A stretch of DNA of 64,000 nt from Candidatus Hydrogenedentota bacterium (lineage in GTDB: Bacteria; Hydrogenedentota; Hydrogenedentia; Hydrogenedentales; SLHB01). This document shows, in pieces, positions 61,693 to 64,000 of the stretch (within the stretch, counting starts at the first letter, position 1; every line of letters starts with the position of its first letter). The stretch is from positions 672,001 to 736,000 of the forward strand of contig CAXXTH010000010.1 in the NCBI GenBank assembly GCA_963668025.2. The letters are read 5' to 3'. The notes beneath the pieces are model-generated. The model saw nothing but the letters and a program-made list of their open reading frames with translations, was not told the origin of the DNA and did not search any database. Position numbers and translations under genes: made by a program.

Positions 61693-64000
61693 TTACCCGT
61701 TTCCCTCGGAAACCGCCGATGCGGGATAATCCATCTCGGGCACGGGCGGAGGAGAATATTGCCGTGGCGTGTTGTTTTGAAACGTGCGGTAACTGCGCGC
61801 CGGAATAACTTCCCCATCCGCCATTGGGTAGTCCTGGGTAGAAAAATTCACGACAACGCCGTCGCCGGTCGAGAAAACGGATTCCTGCACCTTCCAATCC
61901 GGCGATACGAACCGGTGCGACACCAGTTCCGCATACCCCACCTTGCGTGTCCACCAATCGAGATACTGGCGCGTGTGGGGGATGCCCGCGCGCCAGTGGC
62001 GGTACGCCTGCTCGTTCAGGAAATACATGGCGGGATTGCCGTAGAGCATGCTCCATAAGTTTTTGTCTTGCCAATATTGCGGCAGGCGGATGAATCCGTC
62101 CTCCCAGCGCCAGGTGCTCATCACCTCGTCATGATGCACGAGCGAATAGAAGGGAATCCGGTACTCTGTGCCGATGGACACTTGATATCCTGGATCGAGG
62201 GTGTCGGGAGGGGTCCAGCCCGGTACGCCGAGGCTTTTCGAGGTCCATTTTACAAGCGACATGGGCGATTCGAGCCAATCAAGCCACGGAAGGAAACAGT
62301 CCATGCTGCCTTCCGTGCCGCAAGCCAGTCCCAGTGATTGCGCATATTGCAGCAACTCCCGCCGCGCTTGCATGCCGCTATAGGTATCGAGGGTGTGCTG
62401 GGGCGACCAGTCTTCCGATTCCCATAGGGCGCACGTGCCGACGCAGTCTAGGAAACGGGCATTGTAGGCGTAACGGGACAAATCTTGTGGGATATGCTGG
62501 CGGGCCAGTTCGAGGCCTTTCACGGGATTGATCACATAGCCCGGCGGCCAGCCATGGCGCAATTCGCCAGTTTCCGTCACCACCACCGACTCGGGATACG
62601 CCTCGGTGTTAATCTGGTGGTAAATCGAGGCCGTTTCGTCCTTCTCGTATGTATCACGATATTGGTCATACCGCGAGATGATGTAGCCCATCTCCCGAAC
62701 GATCTGGACCGCCTGCGCCAGTTCCTCCGCCTGCTTTTCATGGCCGGGCAGCGTGGAATGGTATGGGTAGCCTACCTCGAAGAGAACGCGCTCGAAGCCG
62801 TCCTCTTTCATCATGGCCGCGACATTCCGGACTTCTTCCGGAGATTCGAATACCCAAAACACCGGCGCGCCCACCAGCTTGTCGATATTCGGATTGGCGC
62901 CGCGTTTCTCTTCGAGTGTTTTAACGGGCACGGCCTCTTGGTGATGCCGCCGGTAGGCCTTGGCCAGCGCCACATAGCCGCCTTGATCCGAGAAGGCGAA
63001 CGTCAAGCGGCGGGGAGCGTCGAAACGGAACTTGCTGGCGCGCCAATAGGCTCGTGGCGCGATGATAGCGCCATCCGCGCGGGCGTCCGCCATTTCATAT
63101 CCCGCCAGCTCCGGGTCGTCGTAGATCATCAACATGCCGTGGCCTTGCGCCATATCCACCAGGCCCAGGCAAGCGCAAAACGCACCGTAGCCGTTGTAGA
63201 TGTAGTCTTTCGGCAATTCCAAAAATTTCGGAGAAGAACGCCGGACGGGCGCGAGCAGGCCTTCCGAATGAGGCAAGAGGACATAGGCCTGCTCGCCGTC
63301 CAGTGTAAACACATATGGATAGTTCACTTCGCGCCATTCGCCCTCGAGCTCCGGTTCAAACCGCACATGCAACTCCGGACGCTCGGCATCCAGTTGCACC
63401 ACGAGCTTGAATGCAGCCGGAGCGAGTTTCCCGTCTCGCTGGATGCCTGGAAGCTGGGTGTTCAGTACAAACGTGTTCGTGGCGGGCTCAATCGATTCGA
63501 GCGCCTGCGTGTAAGGCAAGGGGCCGTGTGTGGGCAGTGCGCCATCCACGCCGGGAAGCCATAGCTCCGCGAATGTGGACGCATCACCGAAATTCCAGCC
63601 TCTTGGATAATACTCCTGGCCAAGCCGTTTGCCTGGCGTATCGGCATTATTGATGCCTACGGCAAAGGGTATGGCGCATGGCGCATCCTCTACGCCATCG
63701 AGCGCCTGGATATTGGCCAGCGGCATGGCGAACTGAATGGTATAGCCGCCACCCGTAAGGACGGCATCCGCCTTAATAGGCTGCTTATCCGGTGGATTGC
63801 CATGCCAGTACGCCGCGACCGCAGGCGCTTCCTGTCCGGCTGGCGGCTCGGCAAGCACCAGCGTGAGTTGTTCATTGCCGAACCAGAATTCGATGCTGTC
63901 ACTTTCCCAATAAGACGCCGCGCCGGCCGGCGAGAGCGCCACATGGGAATCGGCCACTTCGGCCCAGGCATAGATTGTGTGGCTGTCTCGCGCCAGGCGC
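61693..64000 (-). CDS. CBM9-like domain + putative glycoside hydrolase (DUF5696/GH101-like); 5' end beyond the window
   Basis: Frame open to the window edge (RLARDSHTIYAWAEVAD); WESDSIE, GGYVALAKAYR, SRYDQY, RFLD, GTEG, RIPFYSLVHHD. Confidence 0.72.
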   Translation of the reverse strand, partial: RLARDSHTIYAWAEVADSHVALSPAGAASYWESDSIEFWFGNEQLTLVLAEPPAGQEAPAVAAYWHGNPPDKQPIKADAVLTGGGYTIQFAMPLANIQALDGVEDAPCAIPFAVGINNADTPGKRLGQEYYPRGWNFGDASTFAELWLPGVDGALPTHGPLPYTQALESIEPATNTFVLNTQLPGIQRDGKLAPAAFKLVVQLDAERPELHVRFEPELEGEWREVNYPYVFTLDGEQAYVLLPHSEGLLAPVRRSSPKFLELPKDYIYNGYGAFCACLGLVDMAQGHGMLMIYDDPELAGYEMADARADGAIIAPRAYWRASKFRFDAPRRLTFAFSDQGGYVALAKAYRRHHQEAVPVKTLEEKRGANPNIDKLVGAPVFWVFESPEEVRNVAAMMKEDGFERVLFEVGYPYHSTLPGHEKQAEELAQAVQIVREMGYIISRYDQYRDTYEKDETASIYHQINTEAYPESVVVTETGELRHGWPPGYVINPVKGLELARQHIPQDLSRYAYNARFLDCVGTCALWESEDWSPQHTLDTYSGMQARRELLQYAQSLGLACGTEGSMDCFLPWLDWLESPMSLVKWTSKSLGVPGWTPPDTLDPGYQVSIGTEYRIPFYSLVHHDEVMSTWRWEDGFIRLPQYWQDKNLWSMLYGNPAMYFLNEQAYRHWRAGIPHTRQYLDWWTRKVGYAELVSHRFVSPDWKVQESVFSTGDGVVVNFSTQDYPMADGEVIPARSYRTFQNNTPRQYSPPPVPEMDYPASAVSEGNG

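Overview
Bacterial chromosomal segment, mostly GC-rich. The gene repertoire (PKD/FGE-sulfatase surface protein, DUF5696-like and PHP secreted proteins) resembles Candidatus Hydrogenedentota; this is inference only. From left to right it holds: an OFA-type MFS transporter, a wzm-like gene remnant, a FecR-OmpA-CHASE2/HD-GYP module, a PKD-repeat/FGE protein and a sigma54-controlled kdpFABC locus with a split KdpD fused to a PTS EIIA domain. These are followed by two envelope-polysaccharide gene blocks, a sat / alkaline-phosphatase-superfamily / degenerate CysC module, aroK with a divergent aroC, and duplicated AraC regulators. The most striking content is four class IIC group II introns, all on the + strand. 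Intron A (20605-22485) has an RT ORF with no stop codon inside the intron. Intron B sits with zero gap on A's 3' end (22486-24379) and has an apparently identical second copy at 51431-53324. A 601-nt ORF-less relative of A (36444-37044) has identical DV/DVI, a re-closed DIV, and a putative EBS1 change that matches its own insertion site. No tRNA, rRNA or CRISPR array was seen. All calls are by eye; no database searches were run.
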